A DNA stretch of 51,023 bases from Candidatus Bathyarchaeota archaeon (GTDB taxonomy: Archaea; Thermoproteota; Bathyarchaeia; Bathyarchaeales; DTEX01): positions 1-51,023 of the forward strand of contig JAGTRG010000004.1 of assembly GCA_018396435.1 (NCBI GenBank), given 5' to 3'. Position 1 is the stretch's first letter, and every line of letters starts with the position of its first letter. The notes under the pieces were generated by a model. It saw only the letters and a list, made by a program, of their open reading frames with translations. It made no database searches and was not told the origin of the DNA. Positions 1-9,584 of the stretch are shown one piece after another. A program made the position numbers and the translations under genes.

Positions 1-324
1 ATAATTCTTAAGATTAGAGAGATCATCCAAGGGTCGTTTAACAGCTATTCCGAAAACTCCGAAGATGCGATGTTCCCACACCGTACCCCATTCATCCACC
101 TCTATACGGTGATATTTTCCGTCTGGCTGAAAATCCCTCGGATCCGGTTTTGGAATAGGACGAGATGAGGGGTCGCCGGAATCTCCCGGATATCGCCGCC
201 ATAAATCCACTAACTTTTCACCATGTTCAAACAAAGGGGCTGCTTGCATTCCTTCATGTAAAATTGGCACCCTATCTGGATATTTAAAGGCAATTGCACG
301 AATAACTCTCTCCCTCGAGTTCAA
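1..324 (-). CDS. UROD/MetE-like (uroporphyrinogen decarboxylase family) protein, N-terminal part; gene runs off the left edge
   Basis: Not in the ORF track. The minus-strand frame ending at nt 1 is open for 108 codons: (TTG)NSRERVIRAIAFKYPDRVPILHEGMQAAPLFEHGEKLVDLWRRYPGD...DEWGTVWEHRIFGVFGIAVKRPLDDLSNLKNY. TAA and TAG lie just upstream of the TTG at 322-324. It is collinear with the N-terminus of the 2551-3633 protein (RENYLRALEFRYPEWIP ... DNWGCVWYNVQDGLEGQVVGHPLADWKRLDNYQ). It starts 31 nt after the stop of the 356-1168 gene on the same strand. Confidence 0.55.
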   Translation of the reverse strand, partial: MNSRERVIRAIAFKYPDRVPILHEGMQAAPLFEHGEKLVDLWRRYPGDSGDPSSRPIPKPDPRDFQPDGKYHRIEVDEWGTVWEHRIFGVFGIAVKRPLDDLSNLKNY

Positions 325-355
325 GGCAACTTCTTCCTTGATAGCCTATTATTAT

Positions 356-1168
356 TTAGGGACACAGATCTGAAGATGAGTTTACACTGCTCCATAGATT
401 CTTGATAAAATATCTTGCATCTTTCATATCTTTTTCTACGTCAACTTTGGCTTCACACTCAATAGTTAACCATCCATCATAGCCTATAGTTTTTAGAGTC
501 TTAAAGGCTTTTTGAAAATCGATGTGTCCGGTTCCCGGTGGCAGCCTATTACTATCCGCTAAGTGAATGTACCCCAAAAAATCGCGCGCCTCTTTCAAGG
601 ACCTTTCAATGGATTCTTCTTCAATATTCATGTGGAATAAATCCGCTAAGATCATAATTTGGCCTGTACCCACTTCTCTAATTATTTCGATAGCTTGACT
701 AATACGGTTAAGAAAATGCGTTTCATACCTGTTTAGAGGCTCAAGTAGGATTGAAACGCCGGTTTGCTCAGTATACTTGGCCAGCTTTTTAAGCGCATGT
801 ATCAGAAGTTTTCGTTCAAGGTCGTATATTGAGATTACCTCAGGCACATTTGGAAAGCATGGAGGACCGAATACAGGAACTTCTATGACTCCACTGGCAC
901 CTAATTCTGACGCTATCAAAATTCTTCTTTGATCAATTTCAATAGCATTTTTCCTTATGTTTGGATCGGGATTAAGAAGATTCAGCGACCCAACGATGGC
1001 GCTTATTGAAAGATTTGTTCCCTCAATCTGTTTAAGTATTTGCTCTGATGTTGCATCATCAAGGTGTTCTGGTCCAAGTTCAATGCCATCGAAGCCTAAT
1101 TTATGCGCAAACTCTGCCCTTTCGCGTAAATTTCTTCCTTTCAGAGGCCATCGGATTCCAATTTTCAA
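356..1168 (-). CDS. xylose-isomerase-like TIM-barrel protein (sugar phosphate isomerase/epimerase family)
   Basis: 270-aa ORF with family-typical segments GFDGIELG, LLEPLNRYETHFLN, HLADSNRLPPGTGHIDF and GYDGWLTIECE. Co-directional with the flanking UROD-like genes. Confidence 0.75.
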   Translation of the reverse strand: MKIGIRWPLKGRNLRERAEFAHKLGFDGIELGPEHLDDATSEQILKQIEGTNLSISAIVGSLNLLNPDPNIRKNAIEIDQRRILIASELGASGVIEVPVFGPPCFPNVPEVISIYDLERKLLIHALKKLAKYTEQTGVSILLEPLNRYETHFLNRISQAIEIIREVGTGQIMILADLFHMNIEEESIERSLKEARDFLGYIHLADSNRLPPGTGHIDFQKAFKTLKTIGYDGWLTIECEAKVDVEKDMKDARYFIKNLWSSVNSSSDLCP

Positions 1169-1239
1169 ACATATTCGCTCCTATTAATCATGAATTCTAA
1201 ATTTTTACTATTTAAAAATAAACATTCCTTTTCTTTCTA

Positions 1240-2301
1240 TTACATCTTGAAGCAAGGATATTTCCCATATTTTCTTAATGCATTTGTGATCGCCGATAAG
1301 CCCGCCCAACGCTGCTCTCGAGGTATATCCTCTGTAATTGTGATTATTAGGCGGTCGCCAGGATACGCTTCGCTCAGGATCTTTAATGTAAATTCCTTAG
1401 TAGCTTTCGGACCATTCAGGAAGACAGCTTCGGGGAAGTTGAGGCTTATAACTTTATCCTTCCACATGGCTCTTGCGTCGGCTAGGGGCAGATCCCCCAT
1501 CGGCGGAGGTGTAAATGCTTCTATCGCATCGATATCCGTTTTAGATATTAAATCTTTCAAGCATTTCAGTTTCCCATCCATGTGATCTTCTAAAATCTTT
1601 CCTTTTTTATGAAGAAGGTCTGACTGTTTTTTATAGAATGGAATCATGTATTTTTCAAAGAGGTTAGGGTTCACTATTTCACTATTTATATTGCCAGTTC
1701 CATTAACTATCTCAGCTGGTGACTCCGCTATTATTCGATAACGTTCATCAGCCTTATTCTCTAGCACTCTTAAGAGCCTATGGAACTCTTTAGGATATCT
1801 GTAATACGTTATGGCAAACGTCTTAAATCCCATCAGCTCGACCTGCATTTCTTGTATAGGAGGTCTTCCCGCCCAGACGAAGACTATTCCATCAGCACCC
1901 AAATCACGTTCCACTCTCTCATACGGCTCATAATCCGGCATGTAAACTGTGTCCTCTGCTATAAATTCGGCAACTTCAAAATCTTTAATATCCTTTATTG
2001 GGTACTCTATGATCCATGATGCGCCGGCTCCTTCACGTAAATAAATTTTCTCTTTCATAGATAAGTCGCCAACGGGCGTATGAAATGTCCTATGAACAAT
2101 GTCACCGACAGTTTTGGTTTCAACCCGCACATGAGGTGTTTCTTTTCTAAATACGGAGGCTGAGGCCTTCAGGCCCATGCCTTTATTTCGAAGCTGACGC
2201 TCCAAATAGCCTGTAGGGGCAATACCTGCATAGACCAGCCAAGGTATTTTATCGGGTTCCTCTCCATGGTAAACCGCCATAGTTCTCTCCTTAATATTCA
2301 A
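1240..2301 (-). CDS. UROD/MetE-like (uroporphyrinogen decarboxylase family) protein
   Basis: 353-aa ORF. General URO-D-like layout: ...NSEIVNPNLFEKYMIPFYKKQSDLLHKKGKILEDHMDGKLKCLKDLISKTDIDAIEAFTPPPMGD... Assigned by eye only. Confidence 0.55.
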   Translation of the reverse strand: MNIKERTMAVYHGEEPDKIPWLVYAGIAPTGYLERQLRNKGMGLKASASVFRKETPHVRVETKTVGDIVHRTFHTPVGDLSMKEKIYLREGAGASWIIEYPIKDIKDFEVAEFIAEDTVYMPDYEPYERVERDLGADGIVFVWAGRPPIQEMQVELMGFKTFAITYYRYPKEFHRLLRVLENKADERYRIIAESPAEIVNGTGNINSEIVNPNLFEKYMIPFYKKQSDLLHKKGKILEDHMDGKLKCLKDLISKTDIDAIEAFTPPPMGDLPLADARAMWKDKVISLNFPEAVFLNGPKATKEFTLKILSEAYPGDRLIITITEDIPREQRWAGLSAITNALRKYGKYPCFKM

Positions 2302-2550
2302 TTTAAATCAACCCCTAGCGTTTTAGATACTGAATGACCGTTTTAATACTTAAGTATTACCTTCTTTAAGCTTGCCTGAGATTTTTAACTTATTTGATTT
2401 AGCCATAAGATGGAAATTCTAAAGTTAACTACCCTACTTTAGGTTAAGCAGAGAAATAATCGGACTGTAGATGGAAAGCAAAGCGTTAACTTGATGATAA
2501 ATCCCGAATTTTTTAAAGTATTACGTCTGAATTTAAAAATACTGCCCAAT

Positions 2551-3633
2551 TCATCTTTTCCCAATGCAAAATTTTTCTACTGCTTGACAGATCGCTACAA
2601 TGTTTTCTAAGGGCACATCTGTTCCAAAGATTTCAGCTTTTATCATCAGCCCGCCTTCTGGAAGATACAGCTTTTCAACAGTCTCCCTAACCATTTTCTC
2701 TATATCACTCGGCGTACAAAATGGGAAGGCTTGCCTGTCTAAGTCTAAGTCTATGCAAATCTTACCTTTGTAAAACTTGCATATTCCATCCAGCGTATTT
2801 GCTCGTAGCTGAGGATCATGCACAGAAACTCCGCATTCAATTAAATCATCAATAATATCTAAGAGGCGTCCATCTGAAGAAAGATAAACATGAACGCCAG
2901 CATTTCTGCAAGTCATAAATATTTTTCTGAACATTGGTTTAATATATTTACGGAATTTCGCCGGGCTTATCATCAGCCCGTTCTGAGTGCCTATATCCGT
3001 GTGAAAGGATATCATATCAACGCCGATTTCCAGCCACTTTCTAATCAGCTTAATTTCATAATTTAAGAGCATTTCAATTAATTGGGGAAGATGCGGGTCA
3101 TCCCTAGCTATATCAATCATTAAGTTTTTAAATCCTCTCAGAAAATATAGACGGTCGAAAAGGCGTTCCCCATCGCCTACTACTAAGAGTCCTTTTCTCC
3201 GGCGTTCCTCAACATTTCTTTTTATCTTCTCCCAATCTCTCTCCCCTCTCTCTGTCTTAGTCAGAGGATCCGGTGGCTGATAATTGTCCAGCCTCTTCCA
3301 GTCAGCTAATGGATGACCCACCACCTGCCCTTCCAATCCATCTTGAACATTATACCAAACGCACCCCCAGTTATCGGTGAAATATTCCCCCTTTCGGTGA
3401 ACAACCGGCATCTCATCAAAATCTCGACGGCTAACCTTCTCATATTTCCCGAAGATCAATGGGTGGCGAACTATCACATCCTCCAATTTTTCCCGGTATT
3501 TCTTCCAAGTGGCTAGGGAAAATACTACGCTGCAGGGGATCCATTCAGGATAACGAAATTCCAAGGCCCTCAGATAGTTTTCTCTAATCTCTTTAGTTGG
3601 ATAACCAAGTTCTAAAAATTTACGTAAGCTCAA
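2551..3633 (-). CDS. UROD/MetE-like (uroporphyrinogen decarboxylase family) protein
   Basis: 360-aa ORF. Contains ...MISPAKFRKYIKPMFRKIFMTCRNAGVHVYLSSDGRLLDIIDDLIECGVSVHDPQ..., typical of the URO-D-fold proteins often annotated in sugar loci. Clear paralogue of the partial gene at 1-324. Confidence 0.65.
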   Translation of the reverse strand: MSLRKFLELGYPTKEIRENYLRALEFRYPEWIPCSVVFSLATWKKYREKLEDVIVRHPLIFGKYEKVSRRDFDEMPVVHRKGEYFTDNWGCVWYNVQDGLEGQVVGHPLADWKRLDNYQPPDPLTKTERGERDWEKIKRNVEERRRKGLLVVGDGERLFDRLYFLRGFKNLMIDIARDDPHLPQLIEMLLNYEIKLIRKWLEIGVDMISFHTDIGTQNGLMISPAKFRKYIKPMFRKIFMTCRNAGVHVYLSSDGRLLDIIDDLIECGVSVHDPQLRANTLDGICKFYKGKICIDLDLDRQAFPFCTPSDIEKMVRETVEKLYLPEGGLMIKAEIFGTDVPLENIVAICQAVEKFCIGKR

Positions 3634-3828
3634 ATCAGCTTCCTCCTTTAATCTTTCAACATGGAGGATAAAATGTCTCTGACTCGACTCCTATAAAAGT
3701 TTTCTTCCACATACCAAATTTTCCGGTCATAATAATTCCTAGTTTGGCATAATGCTGAAAGCTAATAAGAAGACCTAAAGGGACAAAAAGAAGATTAGAG
3801 GAGATGTTCAAGGAGTTTGCACCGAGTT

Positions 3829-5862
3829 TCAAGGAGACTTAACTTGTTTCCATTCAATGATCTTATATTTGGTCTCCGGATACGATCCCTCCCGAATTAC
3901 TTCCCCGCCCTTTTCTGGATCCCATATCAACTTGACCAAATTATAGAGGCCCTTTTCAAAGTTATAGGTTTCCCCATCATCTTCAAAGAGAATAAATTTT
4001 GTCGGCTTTTCCCCAAAAACATATGCATTAATTTCGAAGCAAGTATTTCGTTCAATAAACTCAAGGGGCTTAGCCAGAGGAAGTAGGGAACCTTCCAGAA
4101 CGAATATGGGGATTCTTTCTAAGTCGGCTTTAAATTCATAAGTTCGTCCCCCCTCGTATCTCCGATAAGTCCAAAAGCAATACCATGTAGTATTCTTTGG
4201 AAGGTAAACCTTCCGGGATTGCTGACCGGCAAATAAGGGAGCGATTAGAAGAGAGTCTCCTAGAAGATACTCGTCATCAATTCGATAAGTTTCAGAGTCG
4301 TCTGAATATTCTAGAGGGAGAGCTCGAACCGGGGGGATCCCTTCAAAGTAATAGCGGGCGAAGGCTGAGTAGAGATAAGGAATGAGACTCATTCGTAACT
4401 CGAAAAGTCTACGAACAGTATGCTCCAGTTCCTTGTAATTTTCAAGTAAAATATCCTCGTTATTTTTTTCTATATCATATTGAAGCCAAGGCGGGTTCTT
4501 CATTTGAAAAGCATTTATAAGCGTTAGGGGGGAAAACACCGCTGTCTGGATTCTGCGAACCAAATCCTCCGCCGAGTCTGCATGACGCACTTCAGGAGAC
4601 CAAAGCAAACCGCTAAAGCCGCTATTCACGAGGGCACGAATATAATCCCTATGGTTGTATAGGTCGCTGTATAGGACGAAAGGTAATGGTGCAGCAATGG
4701 CATGGGAGGAGCGCGCTTGACAAAAAGTTCTCTTGTTATGTTTTAGGAAGATGGACCATATAGTTCGCTGATAAAGAATGCCCAACAAGCTATGCATTTG
4801 CTCTCCATCAATTCCAGACGGAAATTCCGTTACCTCAGGAAATGACCAGGGCTGAGGCCGGTAATCAGAGTTATCGCACTCATCTAACTTAAAACCGAGA
4901 ACCCCTTTTAAAAGGAAATTCTTTTCGTGGTAGTCGGCGAAGATTTTTTGGGCCTCAGTAGTAAAATCAGGCACCAAACCACCCCATACTTCGTAATTTC
5001 CTGAAAAAATACGTATCTCCTGCCAAAATGGGGCAGTAGGATGCACAAACACGTGCTCCCAGAGATTAACTTTATAACTTAGTTTATTTAAGTCCCTAAT
5101 CATTTGGTCAGGGTTTGGGAACTTCTTTAAATCCCATTGATAAGAACAGGAGTAGCAGTGAGAATGCCATCCTGGCTCGAAACCGAATACGTCGCAAGGT
5201 ATATGAGCGCTCCGAAAATAAGAGGCATGTTTGTAGGCAACATTATAATCCGCGAGCGCATAAGTCCGATACCAAACTCCGAGACCCCAGAATGGGGGCA
5301 TACATCCACCTCCCGAAAAGAGCACGTAACGTTGAACCGCATTTAGCATGGTAGGTCCTGAAAAAAAGTATAGATCAACGCCTTGAACATGAGGGACTTC
5401 AATAATCATGGTTGGACGTTCAATAGCGTCAGGCTTCAAGCGTGAGCGGGTGTGACTGCCACAATAAAAGGTAACGTAACGAGCAGTATCAACAAGTACT
5501 CCATAACCACGGGTGGAAATGTAAAAAGGAACAGGCGCGTGAGTATCTCCTGTGTCAGCCACTGGGTCGCTGTTAACCCGAATTTGTTTCTTCAACCCGC
5601 GCTGATTAAAAGAATAAAATTGAAGCCCAAATCCAAATATTTGCTCCTCTTCATCTAGCGGAAGCTCAATGACACAGCCCCGTCGGGTAACCTTGAATTG
5701 AATTTCTCCCTCACATATGGGAGGTGAATGCGCTGGAGGAAGTTTTTCAAGGCGATCATTTAAAATTTCTTTCTCCTTCAAGCTCACAGGGGTGACGCGC
5801 TCAGGCGTTCCGAGTCTTAATTTCCATATTCCTGAAGCAACCGGCTCCATTCTGAAACCCAC
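3829..5862 (-). CDS. glycoside hydrolase family 31 (alpha-glucosidase / alpha-xylosidase type)
   Basis: 677-aa ORF with GH31-like blocks PPFWGLGVWYRTY, IPCDVFGFEPGW, GFKLDECDNS (nucleophile-region analogue), SLIPYLYSAF, GIPPVRALPLEY, YLLGDSLLIAPL and VYLPKNTTWY. The start could be the GTG at 5862 or the ATG at 5850. Confidence 0.85.
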   Translation of the reverse strand: MGFRMEPVASGIWKLRLGTPERVTPVSLKEKEILNDRLEKLPPAHSPPICEGEIQFKVTRRGCVIELPLDEEEQIFGFGLQFYSFNQRGLKKQIRVNSDPVADTGDTHAPVPFYISTRGYGVLVDTARYVTFYCGSHTRSRLKPDAIERPTMIIEVPHVQGVDLYFFSGPTMLNAVQRYVLFSGGGCMPPFWGLGVWYRTYALADYNVAYKHASYFRSAHIPCDVFGFEPGWHSHCYSCSYQWDLKKFPNPDQMIRDLNKLSYKVNLWEHVFVHPTAPFWQEIRIFSGNYEVWGGLVPDFTTEAQKIFADYHEKNFLLKGVLGFKLDECDNSDYRPQPWSFPEVTEFPSGIDGEQMHSLLGILYQRTIWSIFLKHNKRTFCQARSSHAIAAPLPFVLYSDLYNHRDYIRALVNSGFSGLLWSPEVRHADSAEDLVRRIQTAVFSPLTLINAFQMKNPPWLQYDIEKNNEDILLENYKELEHTVRRLFELRMSLIPYLYSAFARYYFEGIPPVRALPLEYSDDSETYRIDDEYLLGDSLLIAPLFAGQQSRKVYLPKNTTWYCFWTYRRYEGGRTYEFKADLERIPIFVLEGSLLPLAKPLEFIERNTCFEINAYVFGEKPTKFILFEDDGETYNFEKGLYNLVKLIWDPEKGGEVIREGSYPETKYKIIEWKQVKSP

Positions 5863-6134
5863 AGATCTATGAATTCATACGTGCCTGGCACATTATTGAG
5901 AAAACTTTCTAAATTTAAATCTTTTCACTGTTAAAGAAAATGCGACGAAATAAACTCGCTTTCTTAAGTTTCCTTAGTGATATTTGAACAGATACCAATT
6001 CTCTTTTTCTATCCCATATGCGGCTATTCTTTAGATTGACTGTCATACTTTCGAAGAGTATTACTACGTTGCTTGAATTATGAAAAGTATCTTTTTAGGC
6101 TTCTCTGCCCACGGGTTTTGCTATGGCGCCATTT

Positions 6135-7040
6135 TTATTCTCCGGTTATCTTTTTAATCTTGGGGTTAAATTGTTCTTCCAATCCGATGTTTATGAGATT
6201 TAATGATGCGAAAAGGATTATGATTAGAAAAATCGGTGGCAGAATAATGTTGTACATTCCCAAAGAAAGGACTCCCCAGTTTATAGAGTACTGTATAAGT
6301 AAACCGAGCGTCATCACTGTTGGCGGTCCAAGCCCTATTAACCGCACTCCACTCTCCATAAGGATCGCGCTGATTACTGCGTTGGATAATCCTACGCCAA
6401 TATATGGAAGGAGGTTTGGCATTATTTCTTTCGTGATTATCTCTATGCTTCCTAAGCCCGATACTTTGGCCAGATCAATGTAAGGCATTTCTTTCAAATA
6501 TAATACTTGAGCTCTTATGGTGCGCGCAATCCATGCCCAGCTAAAAACCGCTAATATAAGCGAGAAGGAAAGCATGTCGTTTATCCTTACATACAGCGCT
6601 AAAATAACAAGTATGGGCCAGACTGGTAAGACCAGCATGTTGTCCGCTAATGTTCTTAAAATTGCATCGTATATTCCTCTTTTATATCCAGATGTGACGC
6701 CTACAAAGGTGCCTATCAAAGTAGCAATTATCCCGGTCTCGATTCCAAGTAAAAAGGAATTTTTAAGCCCTTCTAGTACTATGATAAGCACATCTCTCCC
6801 GAATAAGTCAGTGCCTAATGGATGTTTAAATGACGGAGGAAGGTATCTTTCAAATATGCCTATTGTCAAAGGATCTTCACGTCCAAACTTGATTCCTCTG
6901 ATAATAGGCGTTATAAGAATCGCTAAAATTAATGCGGTTAAAAGAGTAAGCCCAATTTGCAGCTTTAGGTTGTGTTTTAAATACTGCGCAAAAGCCCTCT
7001 TAAATCTTTCAAAGAACTGCATATTGCTCACCCTACCCAT
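6135..7040 (-). CDS. ABC transporter permease, Opp/Dpp type (OppC/DppC-like)
   Basis: 301-aa multi-TM ORF with the EAA-type loop LKEMPYIDLAKVSGLGSIEIITKEIMPNLLP. Its start overlaps the stop of the upstream permease by 8 nt. Confidence 0.85.
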   Translation of the reverse strand: MGRVSNMQFFERFKRAFAQYLKHNLKLQIGLTLLTALILAILITPIIRGIKFGREDPLTIGIFERYLPPSFKHPLGTDLFGRDVLIIVLEGLKNSFLLGIETGIIATLIGTFVGVTSGYKRGIYDAILRTLADNMLVLPVWPILVILALYVRINDMLSFSLILAVFSWAWIARTIRAQVLYLKEMPYIDLAKVSGLGSIEIITKEIMPNLLPYIGVGLSNAVISAILMESGVRLIGLGPPTVMTLGLLIQYSINWGVLSLGMYNIILPPIFLIIILFASLNLINIGLEEQFNPKIKKITGE

Positions 7041-8061
7041 ACCTTACTCTAGGATCTATAAACGGATAAAGCAAATCTATTATTAAGTTTGCCGTTAAGA
7101 CTGTAACTGTTGATATTGAAACTATTCCAACAGCCGTGTTATAATCTAAACTTCCTATGGCTCTAGAGAAAAGTTCGCCTACCCCCGGATACTTGAATAT
7201 CCATTCTACAAGAAATGATCCGCTAAAGACGAAGCCTAATGACATGCCTAAACCGGTTGTCTGCGGGAGCAAAATATTTCTTAGAACATATCTGTTTAAA
7301 ATTCTTATTTTCTTTAGTCCTTTAGCGTGTGCAAATGTTAAGAAATCATCTCCCAGAATCGTTATTACTAGCGCCCTTGTAGATATTAACCATCCCAGAG
7401 AGGATATGAGAATGATGGATAGGGATGGAAGAGTAGCGTGGACTATTAAATCCCAGATAAACTCAAGCGTTAAAGATGGAGTGAGATGAGGGGAATAGGC
7501 TCGGCTAGGTGGAAGAATAGCCCACATATAGCCAAAAAACAAGACGAGTATTATTGCAAGGTAGTAGTAGGGTACATTACATAGGCAAAGAGCTACCGAA
7601 TAAATAGAAGAACTAATTTTTTTCTCTCTCCACCAACCCACTAACGTGCCTAGAATGATGCCTAACGACCAAGAGATTATGGTTGCCACTCCCAGTAAGC
7701 CTATCGACCATGGTAATGCCTGCATAATAAGCACTTGCGACTCCTTAGGGAAGGCAAGGAATGAAATACCCATGTTTCCATGCAGAATTAACTCCTTCAT
7801 ATAGTTGATATATTGCGTGAATAGATCCTTATCATATCCAAAAATCTTCTTATAATGCTCAATAATCTGATCTGTTCCAGGAACAGTATAACCATAGCGT
7901 TGTTGTATCATTTGAAAATGCATACTTAATGGATCAACAGGGATCATTCTGAATAAAAAGAAATTTACGGTGAGAGCGACATATACTGAGATGATATATA
8001 TGATTATTCTTCTTATCACGTAGTAAAGGACAGTTTTAGAAACATGAGGCAATGTTTTCAT
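7033..8061 (-). CDS. ABC transporter permease, Opp/Dpp type (OppB/DppB-like)
   Basis: 342-aa multi-TM ORF with the loop DDFLTFAHAKGLKKIRILNRYVLRNILLP, typical of OppB/DppB. Confidence 0.85.
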   Translation of the reverse strand: MKTLPHVSKTVLYYVIRRIIIYIISVYVALTVNFFLFRMIPVDPLSMHFQMIQQRYGYTVPGTDQIIEHYKKIFGYDKDLFTQYINYMKELILHGNMGISFLAFPKESQVLIMQALPWSIGLLGVATIISWSLGIILGTLVGWWREKKISSSIYSVALCLCNVPYYYLAIILVLFFGYMWAILPPSRAYSPHLTPSLTLEFIWDLIVHATLPSLSIILISSLGWLISTRALVITILGDDFLTFAHAKGLKKIRILNRYVLRNILLPQTTGLGMSLGFVFSGSFLVEWIFKYPGVGELFSRAIGSLDYNTAVGIVSISTVTVLTANLIIDLLYPFIDPRVRYG

Positions 8062-8151
8062 GTCTACTCTTGAGGGGAAGGTCTTTAATAAATTTTACCA
8101 AAAGAACTTTAAAACCAAAAGTTTTTAAGATTCCATGAAATATGTGAGCGT

Positions 8152-9285
8152 ATGTCTTGCAAAGATCTCCCATTAAAAGAATTTAAACCAGAAATCGTGA
8201 AAGTTTTAGATCGTTTCAGATGTTTTTGGGATCTGGAAAAAACAGACCGTGTTTTAGCTTACATTAATGTTCCACTAGAAAACAGTCGCCACTTAATCGA
8301 ATCATGTCAAAAAAAGTTTGGATGGGAGACTCTCGACGGCTGGAATCAGTATCTTGCTTTTGAAGGAATTAACGGCTGGAAAGAGTTAGTTCGCATATAT
8401 GAGGCCATATACCGTGAAAGAGCTTTGTTGAAAGATGATTTAATACCATGCATTGTACCCGATTTCGGCCCTACGATCATGGCTGCTTTCCTCGGCTTCT
8501 CCAAGATGAAAACGGCTAAGGGCACCACCTGGTCTATTCCACTTCTGGATTCTTGGGAAAAATTAGATTACGTCCATTTTGACCCTGATAATCATTGGTT
8601 TCGCAGATGCTTGGATTTAATGGCTTTCCTAAGTTCTAGGTCCGGTGGAAGATATCTTGTAACTCATGTGGATTCTCATTCAGTAGGCGATATGATGGCT
8701 GCGCTTAGAGGAACCACAAACCTGTTATTAGACTTCTATAAGAACCCTAGTGAAGTAAGAAAACTCGCGAGCATATGCGCCAAAGCATTTATCGAAATCA
8801 TGGAAATAATGGCTGAAAAGGTGACGCATGTAGCGGGAGGCACGCATCTCTCTTGCCCAGGCATTTGGGCGCCTGGAGAGATCAGCGTTGGGATACAGGA
8901 GGATATAGCCGCTCTCTTATCGCCTAAGTTATATAGGGAATTTCTCTATCCATACGATGAATTAATAGCTGAGAGAATGGATAGCTGCGCATTTCACCTT
9001 CATTCAGCAATGCATCAAATAATTCCAGAAATACTTAGGCTAAAGAACGTCGGCGTCTTACAGATTGGATGGGATAAGAAATACCCTAAACCACTTGAAA
9101 TAGAAGCCCTGAGAAAAGTACAGGGAGAGAAGGCATTAGTTATTGAATGTGAAAACCTGGAGGAAGTTAGAGAATCAATCATGATTTTCGGAAAGGATGG
9201 ACTTTTAGTTACTTTAAATGCTAACTCAATAGAAGAAGGAAACGCATTGATTAAAAAAATCGGGAAGATGTGTAGAGATATATGA
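8152..9285 (+). CDS. UROD/MetE-like superfamily protein (distant)
   Basis: 377-aa ORF lying between the permease and binding-protein genes. The C-terminal half (QEDIAALLSPKLYREFLYPYDELIAERMDSCAFHLHSAMHQIIPEILRLKNVGVLQIGWD) has the same layout as the other URO-D-like paralogues. An AT box (TTTTTAAG) lies about 25 nt upstream of the ATG. Confidence 0.45.
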   Translation: MSCKDLPLKEFKPEIVKVLDRFRCFWDLEKTDRVLAYINVPLENSRHLIESCQKKFGWETLDGWNQYLAFEGINGWKELVRIYEAIYRERALLKDDLIPCIVPDFGPTIMAAFLGFSKMKTAKGTTWSIPLLDSWEKLDYVHFDPDNHWFRRCLDLMAFLSSRSGGRYLVTHVDSHSVGDMMAALRGTTNLLLDFYKNPSEVRKLASICAKAFIEIMEIMAEKVTHVAGGTHLSCPGIWAPGEISVGIQEDIAALLSPKLYREFLYPYDELIAERMDSCAFHLHSAMHQIIPEILRLKNVGVLQIGWDKKYPKPLEIEALRKVQGEKALVIECENLEEVRESIMIFGKDGLLVTLNANSIEEGNALIKKIGKMCRDI

Positions 9286-9584
9286 TTAAAATCCCTTTAC
9301 CGGATCAGAAAATACTTCGAAAATTAGCCTAATGAGAAATGAAGATCGATCCATTAAACTTGTTATCTTGTACACATTGATTCAGAGAGTAGGCGTTTAC
9401 CCTTATTTTTCCCGTATTTAGCCTTAAGGAGTTCGATTAGGAATAAAGTCTCCGCTAGCTTAGCATATAAATTAAAAGGGGCGAGCCTACAAATCGTCAT
9501 GTCACTTTTTTATGATTTATGAAAAGTTTTATATACTATCGCATGTATACTATGTTCCATCCCTTAAAAGATGAGGGATTAAAT

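Noticed and set aside
6517-7086. Long antisense ORFs opposite confidently assigned genes: 6517-7086, 1190-1585, 35031-35417, 35496-35888, 39177-39605, 41634-42044, 44798-45229, 46076-46474, 46341-46688, 10913-11260 and others in the track.
   Set aside because: Each lies fully inside a gene with strong family motifs on the other strand. Their translations are Ser/Pro/Leu/Ile-rich low-complexity strings with no motifs. They are typical shadow ORFs.
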